From Clostridia bacterium (GTDB taxonomy: Bacteria > Bacillota > Clostridia > Oscillospirales > CAG-272): a stretch of DNA of 64,000 nt. Below are positions 30,956 to 42,046 of the stretch, piece by piece. The position numbers and the translations under genes are program-made. Every line of letters starts with the position of its first letter. The stretch's first letter is position 1. The notes under the pieces are model-generated. The model ran no database searches. It was not told where the DNA came from and saw nothing but the letters and a program-made list of their open reading frames with translations. The stretch covers positions 5,058 to 69,057 of the forward strand of contig JAFXJX010000058.1 of the NCBI GenBank assembly GCA_017532025.1. Direction: 5' to 3'.

Positions 30956-31576
30956 TTACGCGTCCAATTCCTCTTCGTCGGCAATTTTATCAAGAAGAGT
31001 GCTGATTTCCTTATCAAGCTCGGCCTCTTCTTCTGCCTCGGCACGGGTACGTCTTTCAAAATCACCGCGCAAACGGAACAGCACGGCGCGTGTGGCATCC
31101 GTGGTTGTCATATCCCAATCGCCTTCTTCGAGCGACTTGGTCATGCGCTCCAAGCTTTGAACGTGTTCCTGATATTCCGAAAAAATTCGCATCTTAAACT
31201 CAGAGACCTGTGTACGCAGAATCATCAAGCGCTCACGCTCTTGGCAAATCTTTTCGTGGAATTCGGCAAGAATCTCATCGCACGCCTGTCTTGCCGATTT
31301 TTCCATCTTTTCTCCGCGCTCTTTGGCGTTATCGAGCACCAATGATGCGGCATTTTGCGAATGAATCAACGCACGGTGAATGGCATCCTCGTTGTCACGC
31401 AGACGTTTGAGTTCTTCTTTTAATTCAGCATTCTGTTCGTTCAGTGCAGCATACGCGCGATAAAGCTCGGTGTACTGTTCGAGCATTGCCGAAATATAGG
31501 CATCCACTTCACTTTTGGCATATCCGCGAAGCGAAACCGTAAAGCTTTTGTTTTTGATCTGTGCGGGAGAAATCAT
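30956..31576 (-). CDS. divIVA: DivIVA domain protein
   Basis: MISPAQIKNKSF..SLRGY..SEVD followed by a coiled coil; sepF-yggT-divIVA synteny. Confidence 0.88.
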   Translation of the reverse strand: MISPAQIKNKSFTVSLRGYAKSEVDAYISAMLEQYTELYRAYAALNEQNAELKEELKRLRDNEDAIHRALIHSQNAASLVLDNAKERGEKMEKSARQACDEILAEFHEKICQERERLMILRTQVSEFKMRIFSEYQEHVQSLERMTKSLEEGDWDMTTTDATRAVLFRLRGDFERRTRAEAEEEAELDKEISTLLDKIADEEELDA

Positions 31577-31627
31577 AGTAACATCCGTTCCTTTTTCAGT
31601 CATTGCCCTGCGTGAGCAGAGCCGCTA

Positions 31628-31918
31628 TTACACCCAAACCTCAAGCAAAGTTTGCAAAAGGATCGCGGTGATCATGGCAAATGTCAGGGAAAAATCAATC
31701 GGAATGCTCCTCATTTTTTCGGAGCGCTGGAGCAATGCGCGAAACGGCATCAACACAGGCTCGGTCAAGCCGACCAAAACGAACATAAATCCGCTTTCCT
31801 CCTCTTGCATAAACCACGAAAGAATGGCACGCAAAAAAAGCATGATCTCAATGACCCACAAAAGATAATACGCCGTGTATGCCGCAACATACAAAATCTG
31901 ATCCATTACTGAAAACAC
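31628..31918 (-). CDS. yggT: YggT/YlmG family membrane protein
   Basis: RAILSWF, LTEPVLMPFR and IDFS motifs. Confidence 0.9.
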   Translation of the reverse strand: MFSVMDQILYVAAYTAYYLLWVIEIMLFLRAILSWFMQEEESGFMFVLVGLTEPVLMPFRALLQRSEKMRSIPIDFSLTFAMITAILLQTLLEVWV

Positions 31919-31960
31919 CTCACCGTGAAAAAAGCAAAGCGTCTTTGCGCTTTATGTAGA

Positions 31961-32440
31961 TCAGAAGCCCGCATAGGGCGAGTTGTTATTGTTGTGCGAC
32001 GCGTCTTCCGCCTTTGCAGTACCCTTGGCTCCCGCAAACATCTTCGAATCGTTCGAAACATCCACGCTGGCCGGCGTGACGATATAAATATTGCCGGAAA
32101 TATTCTTCAACTGACCTTTTACCGAATAGGCAACACCCGAGAAAAAGTCAATGATTCTCTTCACTGCATCTTTGGATGCGGCATCGAGATTGAGAACAAC
32201 AGGACCGCCTGCGATCAAGTGATCGGCAACTTCCATTACGTTGCCGTCAAAAGCGGAGAGCTTTGCAATTTTAAGTTCAAGCGAATGTGCGCTGCCTGCT
32301 TTGCCCTTCTTTTCCTCAACCATGTTGGCGGTTGCTTCTTCGTCAAAACCTTCTTCAGAAGCATCTGCCGCTTCAGCATCGGTTACGTCATCTACTTCTT
32401 CTCCGAGCAACTTTTGATACATATTTTTCAGAAATGCCAT
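31961..32440 (-). CDS. sepF: Cell division protein SepF
   Basis: VADHL..G.PVVLNL, KRIIDFFSGVAY and IYIVTP motifs. Confidence 0.9.
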   Translation of the reverse strand: MAFLKNMYQKLLGEEVDDVTDAEAADASEEGFDEEATANMVEEKKGKAGSAHSLELKIAKLSAFDGNVMEVADHLIAGGPVVLNLDAASKDAVKRIIDFFSGVAYSVKGQLKNISGNIYIVTPASVDVSNDSKMFAGAKGTAKAEDASHNNNNSPYAGF

Positions 32441-32450
32441 GGTATTATCC

Positions 32451-33209
32451 TCACTTTTCGATTGTTTTGTGCAAGGCTGAGGAAGCTTGTTCCTCTTTTT
32501 GGGGGTAAATTCTCTTGCCGAACAGCGCGCTTCCCACGCGCACAACAGTCGCACCGCAAACAAGGGCCTCCTTGTATGTATCCGACATTCCCATCGACAA
32601 GACATACCTATCTATATTATGCAATTTTTTTTGCAAAATGTCAACAAGAATTTGATATGTTTGTTGAAAATAATTCACAGTTTCTTCTTTTGTGGCGTCT
32701 ACAGGCGGGATCGCCATCAAACCCACCGTGCGAATATGCGGATATGCCGCCAAAATATCCAAAAAAGCCGAAAGCTCCTCGGGGTAGATGCCTCCCTTGG
32801 ATTCTTCCCTGCCAACATTCACTTCCACCAAAACATCCATCACAATGCCATGCTTTTCCGCCTGGCGGTTGATCTCGCGGGCAAGCTTTTCGCTGTCCAC
32901 CGAGTGAATGAGCGACACTTTATCGATGATGTACTTGACTTTGTTTGTCTGCAAACGACCGATAAAATGAATCTCAAGACCGTCTTTGTGGAGAGCGTCG
33001 TATTTTTCAAGAAGTTCCTGTACGCGGTTTTCACCGATACAGGTAAGTCCCAAGTGATCAATGGCGTAATTGATCACTTCCACGGGTACTGTCTTAGTCG
33101 CGGCAAGAAGCTTTGCCTTGCCCTTGCCGTACTCTTTCACCTCGCTCATGATGCGCGGCAGATTTTCCGACAGGATATCAAGACGCTCCTTGTATGATTT
33201 TTCCGTCAT
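32451..33209 (-). CDS. yggS: YggS family PLP homeostasis protein
   Basis: LLAATKT, IGENRVQE, HFIGRLQTNKVK, LSMGMSD and VRVGSALFG motifs. Confidence 0.95.
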   Translation of the reverse strand: MTEKSYKERLDILSENLPRIMSEVKEYGKGKAKLLAATKTVPVEVINYAIDHLGLTCIGENRVQELLEKYDALHKDGLEIHFIGRLQTNKVKYIIDKVSLIHSVDSEKLAREINRQAEKHGIVMDVLVEVNVGREESKGGIYPEELSAFLDILAAYPHIRTVGLMAIPPVDATKEETVNYFQQTYQILVDILQKKLHNIDRYVLSMGMSDTYKEALVCGATVVRVGSALFGKRIYPQKEEQASSALHKTIEK

Positions 33210-34506
33210 ACAGATCCTCTCCTTTGATGATAATATTGTCGTTATCGGAAAGCAGTTTGAAAAGACCGCTCTTGTCTTTCGGAGACGGATCGGCAATCAT
33301 CATGCTGTCCTTGCGGTAAACCACCGAAATCTCGCGGAACTGCACCACAAACCCTTTCAATATAAACACACCGTGTACACCTTTATACACTGTGTAAGCA
33401 CTTGTGGGAATCTTAAAGCCCTCATGTGTTTCCACCGTCAGCGTCATACTTGTAATACGCTTCATGGCAAGCGATTCGGTAAGCGCGAGCGAAGAAAAGA
33501 TAAGCGCCGTTCTGCTCTCATCGTCCTGACGGATCGTTTTTTCAAGTGTCAGACTCAAATTCCCGTCCTCCACCGCCACGCTGTACTGTCTGCCAAGAAC
33601 AAACGAGGCAGCAAAGTCATTATCCACAAAAGCGATGGCATACACCTTGTGGGAGGTAATCATTTTACCGGCACCAGAAGGCGTAACGCTTCTTTCTTCG
33701 TCAAACAAAGCTGCGAGCGCTTCGTAATCAAGGCCTTTTACGTTTTCCGCCGAAGCCACCGCTTCGTAGCCGTCCACCGAGTGAGCAAACCAGCCCGATT
33801 CTTCTGCTGTTATGATCCGTGTCGGCTCACCGAGATTTTTTTCCATGGTCTTCACTGCCTGTGTCAAATCGGCAAGTGCCTTGGAAAGATCAGCAAGACC
33901 GTTCAGTTTTTCGCGTGCCAGCATCAGTGCGGCAAGCGTATCCTTTTGTCGGTTGGCTTTTTCCACGTTTCCGTTGCGAATGGCTTCTTCAATCGCAAGC
34001 GATACACCTGCAATGCGAAGCTCGATCGTTTCGCTCACTTTTTCGGGGCGCGCATCGTTGACCGATTCCAAAATCGAAATCGCCTGCTTGGCGCGCGTCA
34101 AGGTCGCAAGACTTTCGTCATTCACACCGTCGGGATAGGTCGCCATCAACGGCATTCCGTTTTTCACTCTTTCTCCATCCGCAACATAGTAAACATTTTT
34201 ACTGCTTGCATTGCCGATTGTCTTTTCTTCGCGCACAAGGAACGCATCAAACGAAACCGTCTCTCCGAGTGTACCCACCCGTGCTGACATTGTTTCAAGC
34301 GAGGAGGTAAAGCCCTTCGAAAAATGATAGCCCACGTCAAGCAACAAAATCGCGCAGACAAGAATCACCGCAACCGTGGAATAGGTACGGCGCGAAAAGC
34401 GTTTTAAGAACACCTTCAGTTTCTCAATTGCCTCAATCAGCCACCCAAGCAGCTTTGCCAAAAGTTTACGCATGACTTTCTCCCCTTTCTGTTTTATTTC
34501 GTCCAA
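33178..34506 (-). CDS. Membrane-anchored HlyD/membrane-fusion-like protein (clostridial yggS neighbour)
   Basis: Single N-terminal TM, VADGERVKNG lipoyl-like half, coiled coil, SG...SVDGYE and GFKIP motifs. Confidence 0.72.
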   Translation of the reverse strand: MDEIKQKGEKVMRKLLAKLLGWLIEAIEKLKVFLKRFSRRTYSTVAVILVCAILLLDVGYHFSKGFTSSLETMSARVGTLGETVSFDAFLVREEKTIGNASSKNVYYVADGERVKNGMPLMATYPDGVNDESLATLTRAKQAISILESVNDARPEKVSETIELRIAGVSLAIEEAIRNGNVEKANRQKDTLAALMLAREKLNGLADLSKALADLTQAVKTMEKNLGEPTRIITAEESGWFAHSVDGYEAVASAENVKGLDYEALAALFDEERSVTPSGAGKMITSHKVYAIAFVDNDFAASFVLGRQYSVAVEDGNLSLTLEKTIRQDDESRTALIFSSLALTESLAMKRITSMTLTVETHEGFKIPTSAYTVYKGVHGVFILKGFVVQFREISVVYRKDSMMIADPSPKDKSGLFKLLSDNDNIIIKGEDLYDGKIIQGAS

Positions 34507-35417
34507 AGCTTGCCGTCAAGAATCAGCGCAAGCGCTTCATCCACAGCCGTGTTTGCCATGTCGATCTTCACCGCATGGCTGTTTCTCTCCCACCAGGTCA
34601 GTTGTCTTTTTGCATAGTTACGGGAGGCTTGCTTGATCTTATCAAGTGCTTCTGCAAGGGTAGCTTGCCCCGCAAAATAGCCGTTTAATTCCTTGTATCC
34701 GATCGCCTGCCCCGCCGTTGTCGCAAGATCAAGCGCAAGATGCTTCACCTCGTCAAGAAGCCCCGCTTCAAGCATCAGATCCACGCGCCTGTCAATTCTT
34801 TGATAAAGCGCCTCGCGGTCAGACGAGGTCAGCACATAGATTTCCGCACCCTCTTTGAGTGTGCCGCGCGTGTTTTCTTTGTCCCACTCGGTCTTGGTCT
34901 TGCCCGAAACAAGATAGATTTCAAGCGCGCGGATCACGCGCTTTCTGTTATTCGGGTGAATGGTAGCCGCCGCTTCGGGATCAACTTTCATAAGGGCTGC
35001 GTGGTTTTCCTCTGCCGATTTTGCCCACAGCTCAGTCCTGAGCGCTTCATCCGCTTCGGGAGAGCTGTACGCGCCCTCGTATAAAACGCTTTCAAGATAT
35101 AAACCCGTGCCGCCGCAAAAGATCGGCGTTTTCCCTCTTGCCAAAATGTCGGCAAGGATAAGCGATGCCTCTTTGGCATAATCGGCGCAGGAATAGTTGT
35201 CAGCGGGATCTGCCACATCGATCATGTGATGCGGCACCTCAGCCATTTCTTCTTTGGTCGGCTTTGCCGTGCCAATATCCATGCCGCGGTAGATCTGCAT
35301 CGAATCGCAGGAAATGATCTCCCCGTTCAGTTTTTTCGCCAAAGCAATCGACAGCGCCGTCTTGCCCACCGCCGTGGGACCTGCAATGGCAATGATTCGT
35401 TGTTTGTTTGTCATCAT
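34494..35417 (-). CDS. miaA: tRNA dimethylallyltransferase
   Basis: GPTAVGKT, DSMQIYRGMDIGTAKP, GGTGLY, QAIGYKE and NYAKRQLTW motifs. Confidence 0.97.
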   Translation of the reverse strand: MMTNKQRIIAIAGPTAVGKTALSIALAKKLNGEIISCDSMQIYRGMDIGTAKPTKEEMAEVPHHMIDVADPADNYSCADYAKEASLILADILARGKTPIFCGGTGLYLESVLYEGAYSSPEADEALRTELWAKSAEENHAALMKVDPEAAATIHPNNRKRVIRALEIYLVSGKTKTEWDKENTRGTLKEGAEIYVLTSSDREALYQRIDRRVDLMLEAGLLDEVKHLALDLATTAGQAIGYKELNGYFAGQATLAEALDKIKQASRNYAKRQLTWWERNSHAVKIDMANTAVDEALALILDGKLWTK

Positions 35418-35418
35418 T

Positions 35419-36483
35419 TTACTCAATAAACATGGCATCGCCAAAGCTGAAAAATCTGTATCTTTCTTTGATCGCTTCGGCATATACATTCATCATAAAC
35501 TCACGCGAAGAAAGCGCCGAAACCAGCATCAAAAGTGTGGATTCGGGCAGATGGAAATTGGTAATCAGCGCATCCACCGCCTTAAAGCGATAGCCGGGGT
35601 AGATAAAAATACCCGTGTCGTCATGCATGGCATGAACCATACCGTCATCACTCGATGCCGATTCGAGCACACGGCAGGAGGTCGTTCCCACCGCAATCAC
35701 CCTGCCCCCACGGGCGTGAGTGGCATTGATGCGCTCTGCGGCATCCTCGGTGACTTGAAAATACTCGGTGTGCATGATATGCTCGTTGATGTTGTCCACC
35801 TTTACGGGTCGGAACGTGCCAAGACCCACATGGAGCATCACAGGCACGATGTCAACGCCCTTTTGGCGGATTTGATCCATCAGCTCAGGCGTAAAGTGAA
35901 GCCCCGCCGTGGGTGCTGCGGCAGAGCCGCGCTCGTTGGCATATACCGTTTGGTAGCGATCTTTATTGGCAAGGGGTGCTGTGATGTAAGGCGGCAGAGG
36001 CATTTTGCCGATGCGGTCAAGCATGGTGTAAATATCGCCCTTGGTGTGGTCGTAATCAAAGCGCAAAATGCGGTTGCCCTCTTCCACAATGTCGATCACC
36101 GTCGCGGTGAGAAGTCCGTCACCAAAGGAAAATTCCGCACCAATCTTCGCTTTCTTGCCGGGGCGCGTCAAGGCTTCCCATTCGTCAAGCCCTCTTTGGC
36201 GCAAAAGCACCACTTCAAGAGCAGCACCTGTATCCTTTTTCACGCCGTGCAGGCGCGCTGGGATCACCTTGGAATCGTTGATCACAAGCGTGTCACCCGG
36301 CTTTACGTAATCGATAATATCCCGAAAGATTTTATGTTCAAGAGCCTTCGTTTCTCTGTGTACCACAAGAAGACGCGAAGCATCGCGCGGTTCCATCGGC
36401 TCTTGCGCGATCAGCTCCTCGGGCAGATCGTAGTAAAAATCTTTGGTTGTCAGGTTTGTTTCTTTTTTGCTATTGATAATCAT
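35419..36483 (-). CDS. queA: SAM:tRNA ribosyltransferase-isomerase
   Basis: LPEELIAQ, PLPPYI, GSAAAPTAGLHF, LHVGLGTF, TNFHLPEST and YRFFSFGDAM motifs. Confidence 0.98.
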   Translation of the reverse strand: MIINSKKETNLTTKDFYYDLPEELIAQEPMEPRDASRLLVVHRETKALEHKIFRDIIDYVKPGDTLVINDSKVIPARLHGVKKDTGAALEVVLLRQRGLDEWEALTRPGKKAKIGAEFSFGDGLLTATVIDIVEEGNRILRFDYDHTKGDIYTMLDRIGKMPLPPYITAPLANKDRYQTVYANERGSAAAPTAGLHFTPELMDQIRQKGVDIVPVMLHVGLGTFRPVKVDNINEHIMHTEYFQVTEDAAERINATHARGGRVIAVGTTSCRVLESASSDDGMVHAMHDDTGIFIYPGYRFKAVDALITNFHLPESTLLMLVSALSSREFMMNVYAEAIKERYRFFSFGDAMFIE

Positions 36484-36607
36484 AAAATCAAATCCCCTGC
36501 ATTTGGGCATAGAACCACAGTATATAGTCCTATTTTACCACAGATTCTGAAATTTGCAAGTTCTTTTCGCTGAAAACTTGATGAAGAAAAAAGTTTTTTG
36601 CCCCTCT

Positions 36608-36636
36608 TGACAAAATTTCCCTACCGTGGTATCCTG
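36608..36636 (+). promoter_or_regulatory. sigma-A promoter for the 36749 gene
   Basis: TTGACA-N17-TATCCT with TG extension. Confidence 0.65.
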
Positions 36637-36748
36637 TATTTGCGGACAATCATATCCGCTTGGGGAGGCACCCATCACAAAAAACAGCAAAAAACAAGGT
36701 CGGCATACCACAGCCGGCAACAATCGAATCGAAAGGGGATGACACCCA

Positions 36749-37396
36749 TTGCCAAAAACAGTACACGTTGTCGATGAAGCCGGCAACCGGTATGAAGCGA
36801 CCTACCTAAAACGAGCCCAAGGGCTTGTCAAAAAAGGACGGGCACGCTTCATAGACGAAAACACCATCTGTCTTGTGTGTCCGCCGAATCAAAATGATTT
36901 ATTTTCGGAGGATATAAACATGGAAAACACCATGAAACATACAGACACCACCATTGAAACCACAGCACAGACCGTTGAGGAAAACAAAATTCTTTTGCCC
37001 GAAACCGATGACCCCGAGTGCATCCGTTTCACCAACGCGCACAATATCAACTACTGTCTCAAAAAGATTGACGAAATTAAGCAAGAAACCGAATCGATCG
37101 AATCGGTTGTCAAATCCATTGCCTCAATTGAATCCCTTGCCTGCCCTTCAGGCGGTACAGCCGAGGGACAAGCAAAAGCCATTCTTGAGGTTTTCCGCTT
37201 GCGCGAAGAAACCAATCAGAAGAAGATTGACTTCTACCGCGATATGATCGAGCGCTTTCTCCCTGCCAAGAAAGACCCCAAGCTTGAGCAGGAACGCCGT
37301 CAGCAGTATCTCAAATGGCTCAAAGACATCTTTGAAGATGGCGATTGGGAGCTTGACACGGACGATCTCATCAAACTCTATAAAGAATTCGAGTAA
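36749..37396 (+). CDS. Hypothetical protein with N-terminal PLMP/RRXRR-like segment; second in-frame start at 36920
   Basis: TTG start after AAGGGG; internal GGAGG-N8-ATG at 36920; own promoter and terminator. Confidence 0.75.
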   Translation: MPKTVHVVDEAGNRYEATYLKRAQGLVKKGRARFIDENTICLVCPPNQNDLFSEDINMENTMKHTDTTIETTAQTVEENKILLPETDDPECIRFTNAHNINYCLKKIDEIKQETESIESVVKSIASIESLACPSGGTAEGQAKAILEVFRLREETNQKKIDFYRDMIERFLPAKKDPKLEQERRQQYLKWLKDIFEDGDWELDTDDLIKLYKEFE

Positions 37397-37401
37397 TTCT
37401 A

Positions 37402-37434
37402 AAAGCCTTGCCGAATCGGCAAGGCTTTCTTTTT
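37402..37434 (+). terminator. Intrinsic terminator
   Basis: AAAGCCTTGCCG-AAT-CGGCAAGGCTTT followed by a U-tract. Confidence 0.85.
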
Positions 37435-37454
37435 GTGTCAGAATCACATTTATT

Positions 37455-37656
37455 GTGTCATCCTGAGCGGAGAAAACATCCCGGTGGGATGTTTCGCAGT
37501 CGAAACGCCTAAGCGTTTTGGGGATCTACGACATTTAGAGTTGTCATGCGCCCGAGATCCCGCTTCGTGCCACGCACTCGCGCTTTGGCGACAAGTCGCC
37601 AAAGTTCGACTCTGCCGCACTCGCATAGCGAGTGCATGCGCCGCTCAGGATGACAC
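37455..37656. repeat. GTCAT-tagged REP-like palindromic element, copy 2
   Basis: GTGTCATCCTGAGCGG...CCGCTCAGGATGACAC terminal inverted repeat; sits between two convergent terminators. Confidence 0.82.
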
Positions 37657-37710
37657 GGGCACACCAACAAAAGAATCCCACGAACCAATTGATTCGTGGG
37701 ATTGTTTCTT

Positions 37711-39672
37711 TTAATTCAATTTCATCTTTCCCGAAGCGTCAAGCAGTTTGATGAAGAGACCGCCCTGCACGGTGCGGTGACGGAAGCCGATCTGACGGGA
37801 GGAAACGGTATCATACCAGTCAGTCATGGGGCAACGGCTGCGGGAGAAGTTGTAGTTATCCCACAGAGGATTCACCATCTCTTCAAAGTAATCTCTGTCG
37901 TTAACAAGCGTTGCGCACCAAACGAGCCAGTCGCTCTTGGTGTAGTCAGCGCGGTTGTCGAGCGGCAGACCGTACTTGTTGATATGCTTCTTGTAGGATG
38001 CCGTCTCGGACGCGATCACGCGCTTATCCATAATGCCTGTGCCAAAGAGCACGTCCCAAACAATGTTGTATTTCATCGAGAAGGAGCCTTCGCGGTCAAA
38101 GGCAAGACGGTAAGAGCCGTCACCGTTCGATGCGCGCTCTGCCCAATCAGCCGCCATATCTTTCGCTTCTGCCATGTAGTAAGCGTATTTTTCTTCGTTA
38201 CCCATCATGCGGTAGATAATACCAAGTCCTGCAATACCCATGATTGCCTTGAGTGAGAGGTTGCAGTTGTGCGCAAGGTGACCGGCAAAATCGTCGGTGC
38301 AGAGCTGATGTTCGGGGTCTCTGCCGTGCTTTTCAAGGTATTTCACCCACGCTTCTAAAAGATCGAGATTGTCTTTCGCATAGGAAACGTCGCCCGATGC
38401 AATCGCCTCGGTAGCAGCCATCACGAGCATATTGCCGCATTCTTCCACAGGCATCTGACCGTCGATGTGGTTACCTGCATACACCTGACCGTTCACGTGA
38501 GGATACTGCCCTGCATCGTGCGGTGCAAAATCATATTTCAAAGTCTTTGCCCATTCGTCACTGCGCGAATACTTCATGATCGGGCGCATCATACCGCGAA
38601 CAAGCTCGGGATTGTAAAGCAAGAACATCGGAATCGAAGGATACGAAACGTCAACCGTTGCGGCACATCCGTTCGAATGGCATTCTTTTGAGATATACAG
38701 AATCGAGCCGTCCTCGTCAAGCACCAATTTGTGCGCGGCAAGCACCTGGCGGTAAGCAAGCTGCAAAAGCTCGGCGTACTTTTCCCCGCCCGCCTTGGTG
38801 GCATCGATAAAAAGTCTGTCGGAGAAGGCGCGAGCCTTCATGTAGCAGAAATCATAGTCGGCAAACGCCTTGCTGATTTCGTCTAAGAGGTTTGCACCGT
38901 CTTTGTTCCAGTACGTCTTCAAACGCTTGCCGAAGTAGATCATGCTTTCGATATCATCGTAAGCAAAGGTAAAAAGCGCACCGCCGTCAGGCGTTACGTT
39001 ATTCTCGGCAAACACAAAGGTCATTTCCTTGTTGTCGCCATGCGGGTATTCTCTGTCATGATGCTCTTTTTCGAACGGCACTTCTTCGGCATACGCGCCA
39101 ACCTTAGCAGCCTCGCCGTTTGTGGAAAGATAGAAATAACCCCAGTCGATACGGATATCGTCACCGCGCTTTTCAAGCACAGGCTGGCTGACAGAGCCAA
39201 TCTTCGCTGTCTGAACATCATCCTGCTCGATCATTTCAATATCCACACCGTCAGTACCGCGCCAGTTCAAGCAGATCTGCTCTGAAACCGCAATGTTGGC
39301 AATCACGTCGTGTGGCTTTTTGTCGATGGATTTGTAGGTCAGCTTCAGGTAGCTTATTGGTCTTGTGAGATAATAATAATCGTCAAGGAACAAAGGCGTG
39401 GTAAAGAGGGCTGTGAGCTCAATACCACCGCCCACAAAGCGGTACTCGGTGGACATTGCCGTTACATCAAGATAGGTCTGCTTCATTGCAGGCGCCTCTC
39501 CCGTACCCATAAAGCGGTAGGTTACGCCGTCGATCATCACAACGCCGCGCAGGGTGTTGGGCTTGCCGGTCCAGTGAACAGGCGCATTGTCGGTGAGTTT
39601 ATCGGCGGCTGACCAAACCGAAAAATAAGGGTCAACCGTAATGAGCGGAACGCTCGGGGGTCTCATTCTCAT
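37711..39672 (-). CDS. GtaA/'glutaminase A'-like protein (DUF5127/DUF4965/DUF1793), probable (alpha/alpha)6 glycosidase-like fold
   Basis: RPPSVPLITVDPYFSVWS, IDWGYFY, SKECHSNG..ATVDV.YP, APHDAG.YP, MPVEECGNM, QLCTDDFAG and YTKSDW motifs. An alternative in-frame start lies at 39738. Confidence 0.88.
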   Translation of the reverse strand: MRMRPPSVPLITVDPYFSVWSAADKLTDNAPVHWTGKPNTLRGVVMIDGVTYRFMGTGEAPAMKQTYLDVTAMSTEYRFVGGGIELTALFTTPLFLDDYYYLTRPISYLKLTYKSIDKKPHDVIANIAVSEQICLNWRGTDGVDIEMIEQDDVQTAKIGSVSQPVLEKRGDDIRIDWGYFYLSTNGEAAKVGAYAEEVPFEKEHHDREYPHGDNKEMTFVFAENNVTPDGGALFTFAYDDIESMIYFGKRLKTYWNKDGANLLDEISKAFADYDFCYMKARAFSDRLFIDATKAGGEKYAELLQLAYRQVLAAHKLVLDEDGSILYISKECHSNGCAATVDVSYPSIPMFLLYNPELVRGMMRPIMKYSRSDEWAKTLKYDFAPHDAGQYPHVNGQVYAGNHIDGQMPVEECGNMLVMAATEAIASGDVSYAKDNLDLLEAWVKYLEKHGRDPEHQLCTDDFAGHLAHNCNLSLKAIMGIAGLGIIYRMMGNEEKYAYYMAEAKDMAADWAERASNGDGSYRLAFDREGSFSMKYNIVWDVLFGTGIMDKRVIASETASYKKHINKYGLPLDNRADYTKSDWLVWCATLVNDRDYFEEMVNPLWDNYNFSRSRCPMTDWYDTVSSRQIGFRHRTVQGGLFIKLLDASGKMKLN

Positions 39673-39906
39673 GATACACTCCAAATCTTCCGAAAAGTCG
39701 GATAGGTAAATTCGGCAGTTACTGCTTGCCGTCAGCATAATTTTCCTTTTGCATTATAGCACAGTTTCACTGAATATGCAAGGCAAAAAAACGATTTTGC
39801 CAAAAATATTTTAAGTTTTTTCAACTTTACAAAAAATAATCCTTATTTTTTTGTCAATTTTTTAAAAAACAGCAAAGAAAACAATCTGACAACCAACCGT
39901 TCTTCA

Positions 39907-41591
<1,685 letters not shown>

Positions 41592-41645
41592 GTAAAAAAG
41601 GGATGCCAAGGGGTGCCTTCCATAAAGCAGGTTTTAATCTCCCTG

Positions 41646-41794
41646 CGAGATCCGAACGGCGTTGCCGTTCGCCCTTCGGGTTTCGACTGCGTCCGCCCGT
41701 GTCATTCCGAGCGAAGCGGAGCGGAGTCGAACTGCGAAGCAGCACCGAGCAAAGCGAAGGTAGAATCTCGGGCGGACTCCGCTCAAGATGACAC
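41646..41794. repeat. Nested GTCAT-tagged REP-like half elements, copy 3
   Basis: The outer arm GAGATCC...GGGTTTCGAC...CTCCGCTCAAGATGACAC is the reverse of the copy 1 left arm. An inner arm GTGTCATTCCGAGCGAAGCGGAGCGGAGTCGA is bounded by TCCGCCC/GGGCGGA. Confidence 0.72.
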
Positions 41795-41923
41795 GCAGGG
41801 GGCAACACCTTCCGAAAAAATAACAAAAGGAGTACGAGCAATTTGTTCGTACTCCTTTTCACACGCCTTGCCGGCAAGGTATAGTGTGTTACACCTTTTA
41901 GGTGTACTGTCGGGCGGTAATGA

Positions 41924-42046
41924 GCCTCCCTTGTGTAAAGGGAGGTGGCTTGCGAAGCAAGACGGAGGGATTGTAAAAAGAAAAATTTTACCGAAAAACA
42001 ATCCCTCAGTCACCTTCGGTGACAGCTCCCTTTACACAAGGGAGCC
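41924..42046. repeat. Second family of REP-like composite palindrome (CTCCC...GGGAG)
   Basis: CTCCCTTGTGTAAAGGGAG...GAGGGATTGT and ACAATCCCTC...CTCCCTTTACACAAGGGAG form two inverted arms. Confidence 0.78.

Noticed and set aside
36600-37700. Complete IscB/IsrB OMEGA transposon
   Set aside because: No RuvC or HNH motifs, no TnpA, and the leader is too short for a typical omegaRNA. Only the N-terminal resemblance is reported.
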